Origin: Octopus vulgaris
Lineage: Eukaryota
DNA: 64,000 nt
Assembly: GCA_951406725.2 (NCBI GenBank)
Contig: OX597814.1
Span: forward strand, 123,256,001 to 123,320,000
Direction of reading: 5' to 3'
Position 1 is the first letter of the stretch. Each line of letters begins with the position of its first letter. Below, piece after piece: positions 63,331 to 64,000 of this stretch. The translations under genes were made by a program, and so were the position numbers. The notes beneath the pieces are model-generated. The model worked only from the letters and a program-made list of their open reading frames with translations. It was not told the origin of the DNA and made no database searches.

Positions 63331-64000
63331 TAGCTGCATGTCCCATCATGACTATAATTGCCAGACCCTCAACTTCGGCCCTTCATCATTACCTGGGAGT
63401 CCAGCAAAAAGTTTGACTAATGCACCTACTAACAAACACACATGCTCCAACATGGTGGACACCTACCCAATAGCTTTTATCCACCACCTCCTTGCACACA
63501 CAAAAGGCCCCGCGAATTTAACCAATACATAAAAGAAAGAAAACACACTAACGAATACAGATATGTAACACCCCACCCACCCATCCCTGACAAAGGCTAT
63601 TCATATAGCACCACTAAATGCATTGCATGCCCACAAGAATACCAACCTTAAAGATACATACATTTGCCAAAAACCTTTTTCCAGAAAAATCTCACCAACT
63701 TCCAACAAAACTACTCCCAGAGATGATGCTTTTAATTCCAAGTGACATAGTTCATAACTTAACCACTATTCATTTCAACATCTTTTTCACAGCAACTACA
63801 AACTGGATGTGTCTATTCACCTCCAAAAATAGAGAGTAGCTGCTATATTTCATTTCATAATAGCTACCTCTAAAGAGTGCAGGGTTACATAATTGAACTG
63901 TTACCTAACACTGCATTAGTGTGAAACCAATTGGAAAGATCAACCGTAATGGATATATAATACTGTACACTTTGATTAATATACCCACCCTATTGATAGA

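Larger units (their letters stand above)
56496..64000 (+). other. SQSTM1: SQSTM1 intron 1 (exon 2 not found in the window)
   Basis: No acceptor followed by a DxDGDxxxFSS-like frame seen before 64000. Confidence 0.65.

Overview
Repeat-dense, AT-rich animal genomic DNA. The SINE families, RTE LINEs and microsatellite load point to an octopus or other coleoid cephalopod (inference). Almost all ORFs in the supplied track are microsatellite artefacts. The only host gene I can support is the first coding exon of SQSTM1/p62 (56321-56495, PB1 domain), whose intron 1 runs past the window end. About 11.5 kb upstream lies a textbook stress promoter with no ORF of its own (7-unit heat-shock element, ETS, CRE/UPRE, TATA, Inr, NRF1, then a splice donor; 44654-44881). 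The rest is transposon-derived: (1) a young 5'-truncated RTE LINE (12690-16163) with a PHD-type C4HC3 finger inserted in its RT and a 14-copy structured ~61-bp array in its 3' UTR, plus many fragments of the same family; (2) CR1-like, BovB-like and Penelope remnants, several with hammerhead-ribozyme-like motifs; (3) an internally deleted Gypsy element; (4) mariner/Tc1, hAT, Merlin-like, pogo-like and piggyBac-like MITEs; (5) Helitrons; (6) long foldback palindromes; (7) three tRNA-derived SINE families. Coordinates were read by eye and repeat edges are approximate.
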